This document shows, in pieces, positions 49,623 through 64,000 of a stretch of 64,000 nucleotides of DNA (position 1 is its first letter; every line of letters starts with the position of its first letter). A program made the translations under genes and the position numbers. Below the pieces are notes generated by a model that made no database searches, was not told the DNA's origin, and saw nothing but the letters and a program-made list of their open reading frames with translations. Source of the DNA: Antedon mediterranea (lineage: Eukaryota; Animalia; Echinodermata); the NCBI RefSeq assembly GCF_964355755.1, contig NC_092678.1, forward strand, positions 19,113,365 through 19,177,364, written 5' to 3'.

Positions 49623-51520
49623 ATAACACAGTACATTGGAGGTGGATTTGTAGGCTTGCAGTTGGAATACATGAAGAAATTAACTTTCTAACATAGCAAT
49701 TGTTTTAAAAACCTGAAATCGGATTTGGAAAATGGCTGAGATAGTATCTAATAATAGCAGTCACAATCTGCAGTATGTGCACAAAATGGCTTGAATATTG
49801 TGAATTTCTTGTTTCTTTGTTTAGTGAAAATGTCTATAATTTATATAACCTTTTAAACTTAACATGAACATAAAGGAACAGTAAAAAGAATATAAAATCA
49901 ATATTCTTTTGTTAAAAAATTGATAGCAACATGTCTTTTGGGATAATTTACAGTACAGGAACATTCATTGTGAACAAGTTATTTGTCAATAATAAGACAT
50001 CTTTAAAGACAATGGCTTTATGAATACACAATGGATGGACATCTAAGACTGTTGTTTAATGGCAGTGAGTCTGATCCTAAAGACACATAATTTCCAAGTA
50101 CAATATAGCAAAAAAAAAAAAAAATACAGTTTTAGATGCTTCAAAATCAAATGCTAAATAAAATTCTTAATTTAAAAAATAATTTTCAAGGGATAATAAT
50201 AAATTAATATTTTTGGTATTTTAATTGATTTGACACCCATATTTATTTATTATTAATATTTATTCTTTCTTTATTCTAGTGCACTGATTTCAAAGTGGTA
50301 CAGTAATTGGAAATGTCATAACCAACATAATAAAATAAAGACAAAGAATACTAATCAAAATAATAATAATAATAATAGAAATCAATTTTAGAAAAGAAAC
50401 TTAGTTTAAATGTTGCGTAATAATTGTATTTTGGAATGAAGTTATTGAAATAATTATAATAATAATTTTTAATTTATTCGGAAGTTCATTCCAGCTTTTA
50501 GATGAATGATATTAGTAAAAGTTGTCCTTGCCTTGTCAAATATTTAAAACCATATCTGTCTATAAGCTGGCTATTGAAATTTACACTTGTTTACAGTACT
50601 GACTGTGGGTTGATCTTAACAACTTTTTTCATAGCAAGTCTTATATTATATTAATAATACAGTGTTACACTGTATGTTGTAATTTGCTACCTAGAAAACT
50701 TGCTCAAAAATTCACAATTTTTATATTTTATTTGACTTTTTGCTATGATCTAAATTTTCAAGATGATCCCCTTGAATCGCATTCAGAAGGTAAAAGCCTT
50801 TATGTTAAATAAGATTTATTTAAAGATTGAATATGTAATACGTAATGCTACTATACATGATATCACATTCAAAATCCATGTCTGCCTTTAGACCACTCTT
50901 AAATAGGTACGAATACAGTATTTATCTTAAAATTTGTGTGTTTCTGCTGATATTAAGTACAACATCTGAACAAAATCTGAAGTTTTGTCATTATAAAAAA
51001 AAAATAGATGCCTAAAGTTGACAATGTCAATACAGTAACTGCGTGTAAAAATAAATAATTGTTTAATTTGGAAATAAAAGTTGACTAGCATTCCACACAC
51101 CCACTATTTGGAGATTCCAACACCCACACAGACAACTCAAATTTATGCCATTTATTTATGCTGAAGAAAAGCAAATTAAGATAATATTCACACCATCTAT
51201 ATCATCACTTTAGAATAACAGCTCATCTCTACTTGTGTTGTCATTTTATCTTGTTTCCAATATCAGAAGTGAAACATTGGGGACACCTTCAGGACCCAAC
51301 AAAATTACCCTTAATAAAATTGGGGTTGACTGTATTTTTTTCTTTTATTTGTTTGAGATTTCAATTCATTTTATTCGTCAAAACAGGACTTCTATAAAAC
51401 ATGAATGTTTTCCAATTCCAGAGACAATGTGACAAATATCCCGCATGAAATTGTCACCTTAATAGGAGTGTCTTCTTAATAGTGGTGTCACCTCACTGAA
51501 TACTGAAAGAATTGCTTGAA

Positions 51521-51697
51521 GCTTGGTTCCCATTAGAACGTAACGCAAGGACGTAAACGAAACGCAAGTGTTTTAACCAATGACAAGCGAAGTTATAGAC
51601 AGTTAGCAATCACAAGCGAATAAGCCATCGCTTGTGATTGGTCAATTCACTTGCGTTGCGTTACGTCCTTGCATTGGGTCGCTATTGGGAACCACGC
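51521..51697. mobile_element. Short palindromic MITE (GCTTGGTTCCCA...TGGGAACCACGC)
   Basis: Inverted arms including GTAACGCAAGGACGTAA / TTACGTCCTTGC; a partial relative lies at ~41140-41240. Confidence 0.75.
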
Positions 51698-52662
51698 TTT
51701 ATTTGCCCATTATCATAATAAAATAGCAATAGAAATTGGCAAATTTTTTTTGTGCCTGAAAATTGAATAAAATAAAATAAATAAATAAATAAATAAATAA
51801 ATAAAATAAATAGTGCAATATAACAAACAGATATAACACAAATTAATAATTGTGGCCATTGTCTAGAGGTGTCCTCAGCCTCAATCAAACATTTGTCATA
51901 AAAGATACTTTACAGCTCTGAATAAAGCTATTTTTCAATGCCACTTTGTTTTTCATGTTTTAATTATTAACAACGTTGTACGCAGATTCAAAATTGCACT
52001 GAATAAATCCTTAAACAAAATTGTCATTACACACAATACAGGCTCTCGCATTACTAGAGTGGCTGATGAGATTTTAATAATTCAATTAATGGACATGTTC
52101 TGTCTTAAGATGTCTATTCTTATCGGTTTCATCCGATTATATATTTCAAGGATAATTACGATGCAAATGCAAATTAAATTTGGCGAAATGATTTGAAGAG
52201 AATTTATTTAAAGGAGAAATCGGCATAGAAATGACTATAAAATAAAATTAAAATTAATTAATTACGTGTATATCTTGTAACCTATATTTGAAACATTAGA
52301 ATGTATTGGTTTTGACTATAATTCGCCTAAGTTTAATGTTCAAATGAGATCCTAACTGCTCACAGGGTGTGCACACACTTAAACAACGGCCAAAAATGAA
52401 AAAAAAATGACTATGTGTTCAGTAATAATTTGTACTAGTGTGTATTTATTGATGTGTATTGTGTTGTATTTGATGAATATAGATATTGGAAATGATTCAC
52501 ACGGGAAGACATTTATTTACCCCCACACCTGAACGTCAACCACTTGGATTGAAATACTTATTCTAAGGGGACACTTTTGTGACTCAAAAAAATGATTGCT
52601 TACTAGAGTGTTAATTACATTTATTGTCCCTAGTTCACTTCATGCAAAAGTGTTCCTTAAAA

Positions 52663-52760
52663 GGGTCTTTCACACATTGTTCTAGCACGGTTCCGGCGCT
52701 GGAAAGTCAAATCGAACGATTTCCTTGCCAGCGCCGGTCCGGAACAGGTGTGAAAGACCC
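52663..52760. mobile_element. ~100-bp hairpin mini-MITE
   Basis: GGGTCTTTCACAC...CCGGCGCTGG / CCAGCGCCGG...GTGTGAAAGACCC. Confidence 0.7.
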
Positions 52761-52890
52761 AATAATAGGGTTGTCTTAGAGAAGGGAGTTTGACTGCAGT
52801 ATATACTGATAGTAGTAGGTTTCATCAGTGTACAGACCGCAGACACACAAACACATGTTGACATTCTTTCCAAATGTTCTTTCTCCACAG

Positions 52891-53048
52891 GATGATGCCC
52901 GACAACTGTTTGCACTTGCTGGTCAGGCCGAGGAAGGTGAACTCAGCCCAGAATTATCTGCAACAATGAAACGATTATGGGCGGATCCAGGCGTGACAGA
53001 ATGTTTCAGTCGATCTAGGGAGTACCAACTTAATGACTCCGCCCCATA
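52891..53048 (+). CDS. GNAI: G protein alpha-i subunit, coding exon 4
   Basis: CCACAG, then [52 protein letters not shown](Y), then GTGAGT; 158 nt. Confidence 0.97.
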
Positions 53049-53367
53049 GTGAGTATTAAAGGCTCCTCCTTTGAAGTCTTCATGTAGTGTGTTATTGCGC
53101 ATTTAAAACTATCCACATTCAATGTAATCTAGCTTTTGCTGATTTGAATAAACTTGGAATTTTAATAAGAATTCATAAAGCAGGTAAGGTTGGTACAAAA
53201 GAAGCAGTAGACTATCACAAGAATGTAATCAACAAAACCTGGTTGTTGCACTATTTGTTTAAAATCAGTCTTCATTATGTTACGAAACCAAAAATTATAA
53301 TTATGGAATACTGTATGTACTGTATGCGACTATTGACCTAATACCTCCCCTTAATTGATATTTTAAA

Positions 53368-53632
53368 GCTCTGTCTACAATATCAAACTAGTTCGACTAA
53401 ACAAGTGTGATGTGCCCAAGGATGGGAGTGATATGCCAAAATATGGTAGTGATATACATGCCAAAATATGGTAGCGATATGCCAAAATATGGTAGCGATA
53501 TGCCAAAATATGGTAGCGATATGCCAAAATATGGTAGCGATAGGCCAAAATATGGTAGCGATATGACATCATCATGTGCATATATGTGTACATCACATTT
53601 TTTTTTAAAACTAGTTTGATAGTGTAGACAGC
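53368..53632. mobile_element. Short MITE copy with internal 21-bp tandem amplification (ATATGCCAAAATATGGTAGCG)
   Basis: TIR GCTCTGTCTAC / GTAGACAGC; about 6 internal units. Confidence 0.8.
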
Positions 53633-56600
53633 TTTAAACTACTATTTTAGACTTGCATTTTATACTAACCTGATTTCATCTAAACAATTTAATTCAAAAC
53701 AATATTTATTTTTTTTAATGTGAAAACGTGACTGTATTTTAAATTTGAGATTAGGTGTTATGGTTTTGATATCTGTTTATAGTATCATGTTGTGTAGAGT
53801 TTATCAGAACACATGCAATTATCTAGTACACTTGCCAAAAAAGTAACCCAAGGAGAGTGAATAAAAATAGATTCCAATGCTGTGAAAGAGTGCCTTGTAC
53901 TTTTGGAAATAACCTACTGGTATCTGATGACCTGACATGTTCACTGATGCATCAAAAGGTCAACCAGCTGTCACTGGTAGAGGAACTCAGACAGTACACT
54001 CAATGTTTTGTTGTTATGTTTTGTTTATTTACCTGTAATTAACAAACAACATTGTTTGGTTTCAACAATTTAATTAATTTTTCATTGTTTGTTTATTTGT
54101 TGAATCGGTGGCACTTGCAATATGGTGTGTTTAACTGTTTTGCTTTTGCATTTAAACACAGCAGTTTAATATTATTAATTTGTCATATTTCATAGTGCTG
54201 TTATTCCTAAATTCAAAGAAAACAAAAGTATGACACGCCACATTGTCGTGTATGTTTTTTTCCACCCAATTTTGCTTTTTCCTCTTGATTAAAAATAGTA
54301 TTTTTTTAAAGTAATAAACAACAAAAGAAATTTTATTAATGAATAAAAAAAGATTGCAATAAAAAAAAACGCTTAATTTTTTATTAATTTAATGGCCAAA
54401 TGAAAGTTGAAAATGTTACATGGCAAATGGCCTATTCAATGTAATAGTCTACTTTAAATGTTTTCATTTGGAATTTCAAATGCAAAAATGTGATCGCACA
54501 TTTTATAATTTATTTCGACCTTTTAAAATAACAACACAATAGTAATAATATAAATTAGTAACACTTTAGATGAATGTCACATACAAGGACAAACAAAAAA
54601 ATGTGTTCTGAAGAAATTAATTAATGGTAAAAATGGTTTTGAACAAATTGTCCAATATTGAATAATGTCTATTTTTCAAACTGCATGCTCTCTGCATTTT
54701 AAAATGTATTGCTGTGATTTCAAGGCACTACACTAATACATAATTCATTCATTTCATTTGGAGTGTGATACTTTATTAAAAAAGCAATTTCATTTTCTAT
54801 ATTTATAAACAAATTCGTAATTAAATTGTAATGAGTTTTCCAAAAATAATTTACGACAGTTTCTGATTTTTAAAAAGGAAATGGCAAAAATGTCGGATTT
54901 TAATACCCGTTTTCATTTGTGTTGATGACATTTTTACTGTCATAATGTTAGGATTAATTGAAGCAAGCATATGTCTATTAAAAATAACTGAATTAAGAAA
55001 CCTATAAAATTCAGTACTTTTTCTATTGAAAATATTAACTCATTTCAGCATTCAAAAGTACTTTTTTGCTTTTAAAAAGTGTTTTAGTTGATTTACGATT
55101 CCTTTGACCATTTCATAACGAGACAATTATTCTGACAATTTGTACTCATTAGTTTATGTAACAAAATCCTCCTCCCTTGAAAGACGACAAAATAATTAAC
55201 TTTATACTAACGCGTGTATTACGAAATGTGTCATGTACACATTAATTAAATATGTAAATGGCACGTTCTGAATTAAAGCGTTCATCCACCAAAGAATGAT
55301 TTAAAATAATTTAGTAATTTCTATGAAATGTTTAATAGGGGTTTGTTTATACTTGTCTTTGTTTATTTTTACCACTTCAAAGCTAAACTATCAAACTTTA
55401 TGTGACAAAAAATGTGATGGACATGATGATGTCATATCACTACCATATTTAGGCATGTCTACCATATGTGGGCATATCACACTTTTTTGTCAAACTAGTT
55501 TGATAGTGTAGACAAGGCTTAAGAATATTTGGTCCTTAATCAAAATCTGCTGAATATTTTGATGGAATTGCCTGTACTGATAAAGGAATAAAATATGTCG
55601 CTGATGGTTTTATTAATTCTTTATTTCAAGCTAGAAAACATTGTGGTGAGGCATAGGTTTTTAAAAATATTTATGACCCCCGACCCCTCTTCTCCATTTG
55701 TTTATTCATGGGAAGAAAAGTGGTATAAATTGTGTTTTCCTGGACACATTTACTCTAAAAAAACTATGTTTTCCAAATTCTCGGTTCTGTAGGCTGCTAG
55801 GAAAAAATATTTTGATAAGTAGCTTATGTAATTTAGGCAGGAATATTGAGTAGTTGCAAAACTAGGCTCAGTGTCATAAACTATAAATCACACTAGTTTA
55901 CCCTCAATGTTTATCACATATAGCATGTTTTTAGCTTTTCCCTACAGCACATACAAATATACTTGACATGACGGGTTTCACTTGTACAAGTGGCAGTTTA
56001 TCTAACACTACAGTGGCATGCAAGAATGTCTTATCTAAATATCTTGAAGCCTTTCTACAAATTTATTCTGGGACTTCTGGGAGTAAATCAACTAATTACT
56101 AAAAACAAAATCATGGATTTGTTTTAATACGTTTTGACTGTGGCCATGCTAACATAAAAGAAAACGAATACGACGGATTACAGTAGCCGAGACAAACTCC
56201 ACATGCAGTTAAAATACTTCAACCACCAAAATGAATTTTTGTTCAATCACAGTTTTCAAAATCCTATTTCCTTTTTAGTCTTGGCCCATTTTACGATTTG
56301 CACAAGAAGCCATCCTCTACTGTACAAGTAATTTCATTTCTTTTAACAGAAATTAACATTCTTCGGAACTTCTTAAAACCATATCCTGTATGTCCTGTGG
56401 TTAAAAAGACGTATTGTTTTACTTTAAAAAAATTAATGTTTTTTCCTGTAAAATGCATTTCTATTATAATAAAGCTTACCATGTGTAAACCCTTCCCCCT
56501 TTTCTTACTGTATAAAAAAGTTCAAAGGGTAATATTTATTTTTTATTGAACTCACTCATGCATGACTATCAAACGTTTTAAGCTCGTTTTCCAATGTTTA

Positions 56601-57666
56601 TTTATATTATAGATGCATATTAGCAGTGTTATAATAGCTATGCAAATTTGTTTTCTGGGAAAATACATCTGTGCTGATTTGTGAAAGCGCATATTGAATT
56701 GTATCGCTACTACTACTGCTAACTACAGTGTACATATGATTATTATAATATGGTTCATTTATAACTGCAATGAGATATTATTATGATAACATCAATGTTC
56801 ATAATACAAATTTGTAATGGTGCTCTAAATAGTAAAAGCCGTTTTTTTTTTTAATGAGCTTCACTGACTTAAATTGAAATATTCCATCACGCCGCATACT
56901 GGCTATTCAATTTCAAATCTATTCTCTAAACTTGATAATGTAATGATCGGATAATCCACCCTAGAATAATTTAATTTTCATGTGAATATTTGATTACGAA
57001 TATGTAGTATGTCAGTATGACTTTAATGTAATGATACTATGATTTACTTACTGCAAGTTAAATGCTAAATTTAAATTGTAAAAACCTATAAGATATTATA
57101 AACGTTTAAAATTTAATACTGTATTTGATTATTTAATATAATTTATATTAATCATTTACTAAATAGATTCATATTTACTGTAATTTATTTAATGATAGAT
57201 TTTATTGTTGTTAACCAGTCAGCATTTAGAGTTGATTACATTTGACCCTTACTTATGGGACCTGCTTATTTATGGAAAATACCCTTATTTGATTTGATCA
57301 TTTTATTTCAGAATAAATATTCCATATACTGTACAACAAAATATACTAGTACAAAACGGAAAATAAAACTAAACTAAGATTTTTTCCCACTTAGTGTAGA
57401 GATTTGAATGTCGTAACAAATAGTTCGTAGTACAGGTACATCTAACCAGATCATTTTCACTATTTACAAATCTTAATCTAAAACCATAGACGCACTTGCG
57501 TACATGCTCATAGAAAGAGGGAACGCTTGGTTGAAACCCCTTTAGGCAAGTAAAAAATCTGAAATATAAAAATACAAACAGAACACCACCTAAACCTGTA
57601 AAGTATTGTGCAGTGTTTTACATTAAAAAATACATATTTTATTGTAACAAAAATTGTTTCTTTCAG

Positions 57667-57795
57667 TTATTTGAACGCACTTGATAGGCTGTCGGCACCA
57701 GGCTACATACCGACGCAGCAAGATGTGCTGAGAACAAGGGTGAAGACCACTGGTATTGTGGAGACTCATTTTACCTTCAAAGATTTACATTTCAA
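57667..57795 (+). CDS. GNAI: G protein alpha-i subunit, coding exon 5 (switch I)
   Basis: TTTCAG, then [42 protein letters not shown](K), then GTAAGT; 129 nt. Confidence 0.97.
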
Positions 57796-59336
57796 GTAAG
57801 TTTTGAATGTATTAATTGACATGCAGATTAATTGTCATATTCATTTACAGATTTTCATCCATTATTTACATATTTTATTTACATATTTGATAAACATTAA
57901 TTTACACAATAATTTGCATATTGGTAACATATTGTTTTACATGGTTGCATATTTCATTACCTTTATTTACATATTAATTTACATTATTAATTTACATATT
58001 AATTTGCATATTTTCTGCCAATGATAATTGGTAATATACACGTCATACACGGTGTGGTTGAGTACAGAGATTTTAGGAAGCATTTGATTTTGCTATCCAT
58101 ACTGTACAGTACCTATGTGTCTTGTTGGTCATTGCATGTAAAAACATCGGGGAGTTTTTAATTTTCTGGCTATAGAGCCCGAAAATCTGCAAAGGAGGAT
58201 GCACATCAATTATCTATTGAAGCTAGACAAACTCAGACAATTATTATAAAACTAACAAAGTTTGTCTGTCTGTCGTGATCGCAAAAGCTTTTAACAGGCG
58301 CACTGGCGTATTCCTACTCTAACGACTATGGTGGTTGCGTGACCGACACAGCTACACTTAGAACAAACAATTTTTTTTTTAATCTTGAGTTTTCAAGCCA
58401 AAAATGCTTAATACAATCATTTTCCAAACAAGGTTCAAGCCCTTTCTCTATTCTAACTAAAATGATATTAAAATTAATAGATAAATTATTATTTATAATT
58501 TATTATATTGTAAAAGATTTGCAATAAATTTAAATATTAAATAACCTTTTTTGTTGATTTTGCTTACGTGGCAACTCCTATCTCTTTGTGCGAATAATTT
58601 TACAGTGTAATTCACTGTATGCAGGTGTTCCGCTAAATTGGTAAAAATATCTACAAAGCAGTCGCACCTGTATCCGCGTATTCATCAAGTTACAAATTAT
58701 CAGCATCATCTTATCAATTATAGATCTATTTTTATAGATGATCCATAGATTAACTACATGCATTAATTTTAATCATAAAGATGCTATTTTCACTACATCG
58801 CGTACGTATGATTGTGCCATTTTTTATATTACATTTTATATTCAGAGAAATGATATTTTTAATTACAAGTGCAGCAGTCTGTGGTACAGCGTGATTAATG
58901 CTGTTCTTTAATCTGATTGGTTCATAGAACGGCAGTATTCATAGCCTTGTGTATCTATTAAATTTTTAATCTTACTATAAATTGCTGCTTATTTCAAACC
59001 AAATAGCCTTGAAGATGAACTAACCTTGAGAAATTATTGTGCCTGTATAATTTATTTTTAATATAACAGATCCTGTAAAAATTGTTGTACTGCAGTTAAT
59101 ACAATAACATTTTAGTTTATGTTTAAATGTACCCAATTATAAGGCAAGCAATGCAATAGACAGTAATTGTTAAACAAATATTGATAAATATTATTGGATT
59201 TATGTTATTAAAGATGCAGCCTGGTTTTATGAAATATCTCAAATAGCATTATTGGCCTAGCCCAGTTATAATTTGGCACCTTTGGCACTTCATAGTTTAC
59301 TGAATTAATGGCCAGGTTCTATGGAAAATCATTTGA

Positions 59337-59337
59337 C

Positions 59338-59383
<46 letters not shown>
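59337..59383. repeat. (ATTG)n microsatellite
   Basis: About 11 copies. Confidence 0.95.
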
Positions 59384-59824
59384 TAGGGAATCCAAACTGT
59401 ACAGTTTTATTACTTTACTGAAAAGTTTATAGGTAAAATAATGCTATACCAATTAAATTTAGCATTAAAAAAAATATCCATCACCAATGGTAATACGGTA
59501 TTGATTGGGATTAAATGGTTAATAACATGTACTGTTAAGTGAAATATTTTTCAGAAATTGTTTCATCAAAAGGGTGAAATAATACAGTGTTCATTCATAA
59601 TTGATTATTAACGTTTCATTTTTTTTTCAGCCAATACTAGTTTTACATACTGTATCTTAAGGAATGAGTCATTTTGGAAATAAATATAGATAATTATTAT
59701 TCATATGTATTGATTTTTTTGTAAAAATATTAAAATTTTAGGATTTTTAGATATTGTATATTTAACAAAAGAGTTAAAAACATGTAAAATTTAGTAAAAA
59801 CAGAATTACAACTAAAAGTACTAA

Positions 59825-60043
<219 letters not shown>

Positions 60044-60099
60044 TAAATATTGCTTTTAAATCTCAACAAAGAGTTAATAATGTGAATAACTAAAATAAA

Positions 60100-60870
60100 A
60101 TTATGCAAATGAGCTGACACATTGGAATCTAAGATGTATGCTAATTGGCTAAGGCATACAGTAATTTGCATGGATGTCGTCAAGTTTTCATGCAAATGAG
60201 CTAAAATAAATTATTTTCATCATTTATTTGCATAGTTGCTATCAAATGTTTATTCATTGATGGTAGGTGTACAGTGCTATGCAAATGAGCTATAAATAAT
60301 TTGCATTCCAGGGTGTATGCAAATGAGCTAAAATAAATTATTTTTATCATTCAAATTACTATCAGTATCAAATGCTCATTCATTGATGGTACAGTAGGGG
60401 AATCTGTACTATGCAAATGAGCTATAAATAATTTGCATTCCAGGGTGTATGCAAATGAGCTAAAAATAAGTTATTTTTATCATTCAAATTACTATCAGTA
60501 TCAAATGCTCATTCATTGATGGTACAGTAGGTGTATCAGTGTACTATGCAAATGAGCTATAAATAATTTGCATTCCAGGGTGTATGCAAATGAGCTTAAA
60601 TAAATTATTTTCATCATTCAAATTACTCAGTATCAAATGCTCATTCATTGATGGTACAGTAGGTGTATCAGTGTACTATGCAAATGAGCTATAAATAATT
60701 TGCATTCCAGGGTGTATGCAAATGAGCTAAAATAAATTATTTTCATCATTCAAATCACTCAGTATCAAATGCTCATTCATTGATGGTCCAGTAGGTGTAT
60801 CAGTGTACTATGCAAATGAGCTATAAATAATTTGCATTGCACGGTGTACTGTATGCAAATGAGTTAAATA
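60100..60870. repeat. ~132-bp satellite rich in octamer motifs
   Basis: Units recur at ~60279, 60411, 60546, 60678 and 60810; each has two ATGCAAAT and one ATTTGCAT. Confidence 0.9.
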
Positions 60871-60921
60871 ATTATTTAATTATATAACATTTGTTTTTAA
60901 ACATACCCAACTCATACAGTA

Positions 60922-61140
60922 TCTTATCTTCTCGGATAAGGACTATAAACCGTAGGTGCAGTGGTACACATGTGGCTCATGTGCACTTTAAAGAACCTAC
61001 AGTAGTACATCTTTCGAGACGAGTAGGGAGTTACCACGGTTTACTAGTCCACACAGCCACTGTCACTCATCAAGAGGGCCCCTTGATTGTCAGCATACGC
61101 TGTTTAGGGTCACCCTCTATAAATAAGGTGACATAATAAA
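60922..61140 (+). mobile_element. 5'-truncated SINE body of the 35983 family
   Basis: TCTTCTCGGATAAGGACTATAAACCGTAGG...GCACTTTAAAGAACCT...CATCTTTCGAGACGAGTAGGG matches 37327-37425. Confidence 0.85.
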
Positions 61141-64000
61141 AAATTTAATTAAAAATAATAGGCTATATGAAGGTATCTGTAATATCTATGTATTGATTTT
61201 AACATTCCGCGTTCATAGAATATATTGATAAATGCTTCCTAACCTGTTACTATCAATTTACATTGATCGAGTAGTCCAGTAGTCTTTTTAAGGTCTTGGT
61301 TTCATGTAAACAAGATGCTTGGATGATTAATCTATGTTTTTCAATGAATCAAAGATGTTTGTGTAAAATTTGTAAAAAGTATGCTCTATTTTTAGTATGT
61401 TTAATTGAATGTTACTGAGCTATTTTCTTCAATTTAAACTGATTACAATTTATAGAGGTGACATACATACAGTATTATGTTTTAAATTTGGTCAACCTTT
61501 GACCCTAGACATGTTTACTACTAGGAATAAATATGTTGTTTCCCAAGTGATCTGAAAGCTATCTATGAAATCTATCTAGATAGATGTTAATTTAGGGATA
61601 ATGAAGTATAAGGGACCATGTAAAAATTATTCTGCTGCATTTACTGCAGTAATGTTGTTTGATGCTAAACCTGTTTATGCAATTCTTTTGCAAGTCTTTC
61701 TTTATGTACTGCAATAATACACACTACTGTTGTCTGCCTCCTAAACCTCTACATTGGAACAAACTAAAATCGTTGCATTACAAAAAGAATAAAATAATTT
61801 TCACATGATCCTTTATATATTTTGTAATTTTAATTCTGACAATCTTTTAAAAACATCTGTATGAAAAAAAAACGACAAAAAGTAAACCTCTGTCATGTTT
61901 GATCAAGTGGAGGGAAACTGTACCCGAGCCAGTATTAATACATGTTATTTCTGTCCTTAATATCCGTCATTATTTTCCACAAACCTAAAGGTAGGCATTT
62001 AGATTAAGCCTTTATGACTATCAACTTACACACATATTAATCCCATAATGCAACTGATGCCATTTGAGATGTTCGGCAAATCATAATTATTGTTGCTCAT
62101 TGTAATAGCTTTGATTGTTGTCCACGTCAGCGGTTTTTTCCTCAGTAATCATTTTCCAATTTGACGGCCAAACCCATCACATGATTCAGTGGATTGTTAT
62201 TTATAGTAACCTAGCAATTATTCAATATTGTCTAGTGATAAGATAATGTTATAGAAGAAATAGATACAGATTATATAATAATAATCAACATAACAATTCT
62301 GTATGCTGTTTAAAAATCATGACACATTTTAATTGTATCTATCACAAATGAGATATTTTTTTTAATTATTGGTTTTTTTTTTTTCAAAAGTATAATGCAA
62401 ATTAAACCACTTTTTAATAATAATAATAATAATAATAATAATTTGGTAATAATAATAATGCTCTGGTCTCACAGCTATTTAGTCCAATAAGACATATCGG
62501 AAATTCTTTTTTTTTTTGTACACTATATAAAGAACGAATAAATATATAAGAACATTATACACACTATACAGGCGATGAGAAGGTTGTGATAGAATACGCT
62601 TTACCATAGAGATCACAGTTTTTTCATAGGTAGAAGTCATATCATCTATGGTCATTGCAGTAATCACGACAATACATTCTGTTTATTTTGTTTAATAATG
62701 CATAGTCTTTTGACTTAAACAGTTACACCAGATTGTAACACAGAATGAATGAATGAATTTTACAGAAGGAACACCCATTTAAAAGCACTCATGTAATCAC
62801 GCATACAGTACAGCAACTACAAATTGCACAGAATATTAATAATGTTAAATATTCTAAGTTACACGCAAGATGTTTTATAGTCTGGGTTCCAGACGGAGTT
62901 TTGTCTTAATATTAGTAAAAAGATAAATATTTTGGCACATATGGCGTTTCATACGTATACTACTTGATTTTGGATACTCCGTCTGGGGAAACACGCACAA
63001 GTGACGTGGTTTGACACCAAGAATTCTTGGTGCATACGATTATCCGGTTGACTAGTTTCAGCTGCATGCGATTGGCTACTCACTCGTACACCGTTTTAAT
63101 ATTCATATCAGAATTTCAAAGACTCAACAACTAAGATGATGCGCATGCGCTATGTTACGTTTAGACAATGTGTACTTGGGTACATTTATGAAAGTTTCTG
63201 AAGGCTAGAAATTATTTTATATGCCTAGTAGTCTGGTAAACATTTGATGGGATTTTTTTCCAAGAACATGAAAACTCGTCTTGATATGATAGGCTAGCTT
63301 CTCCGCAAATCAAACATTGAATGGATCATTTATTACGCGGAGATAATTTTGATTTAATTCCCACCCAGACCATGGAAGTATAAAGACCCTGTCCTGTTCT
63401 GTGTGGTGGTGTAGCCCTGTTGTGTGCCGGTGGTGGTATGCAGGGCTACTTTATTGGCGTTTTATTTGGCAGGTCATGCGTGCGAGTTGAGTGGGACCTA
63501 CGAAAGAGGCCAAGGACTAAACAATTAATAAACAAAACAACTTGGCATTACGATTTTATATTTCAACAGTCTCGATCGTAAATTCAGCACTGTACGTACG
63601 TCTCGATCTTTTTCATTTTGAAACAAAATGATCATTGGTTGATTCGAAATCCATATTTACATACCGCCCGCCCCATATAGCCAAATACGGTATGATAACC
63701 TACGTCATTCTTATCGGATGTTTGCGGTCTGCAAATCGATTTCTATACGTGTTTCACAAGTCTGTATTTTCAGACAAAAATCGCGGTCGAAATAAAAAAA
63801 AAATTAAAAAAAATAATAATAATACAGACTTGGGGCAAGTCTAGATGTTTTACTGCTTTTAGTACTATTAACAAACTGTTAATACTGAAAATGAATTCTA
63901 AGAATATTTACTCTGAAAATACATTGAACATTAAATCGATTAAAATCCAGATTTATAACAAATTTATTAGCCAAGACTAATATATCAATTTAAACGAGTT

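Noticed and set aside
53375-53619. ORFs with YRYHILA / MPKYGSD repeats
   Set aside because: They arise from a 21-bp tandem amplification inside a MITE.

Overview
AT-rich eukaryotic (animal) genomic DNA. The repeat landscape and gene structure suggest a marine invertebrate, possibly an echinoderm (inference). The main gene is a G-protein alpha-i subunit (GNAI) on the + strand. Coding exons 1-6 lie at 23714-60022, with lengths 118/43/142/158/129/130 nt and canonical GT-AG sites; the remaining exons lie beyond the window. Upstream and divergently oriented are two intronless paralogous genes (15677-16276 and 17600-18178, - strand) encoding ~190-aa secreted proteins. Their helix/loop spacing and cysteine pattern resemble long-chain four-helix-bundle (IL-6/LIF-like) cytokines, and they are the most promising candidate for an undescribed system here. 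GNAI intron 2 hosts an antisense nested gene for a ~1,030-aa multi-pass membrane protein split by one frameshift, plus a possible decayed three-finger receptor-like pseudogene. Other notable structures: seven tandem copies of most of GNAI exon 3, most retaining its 5' splice site; an octamer (ATGCAAAT)-dense satellite in intron 6; a 5S/tRNA hybrid SINE; a 4.7-kb element with ~1-kb inverted arms; and many MITEs, SINEs and minisatellites. All analysis was by eye; no database searches were run.
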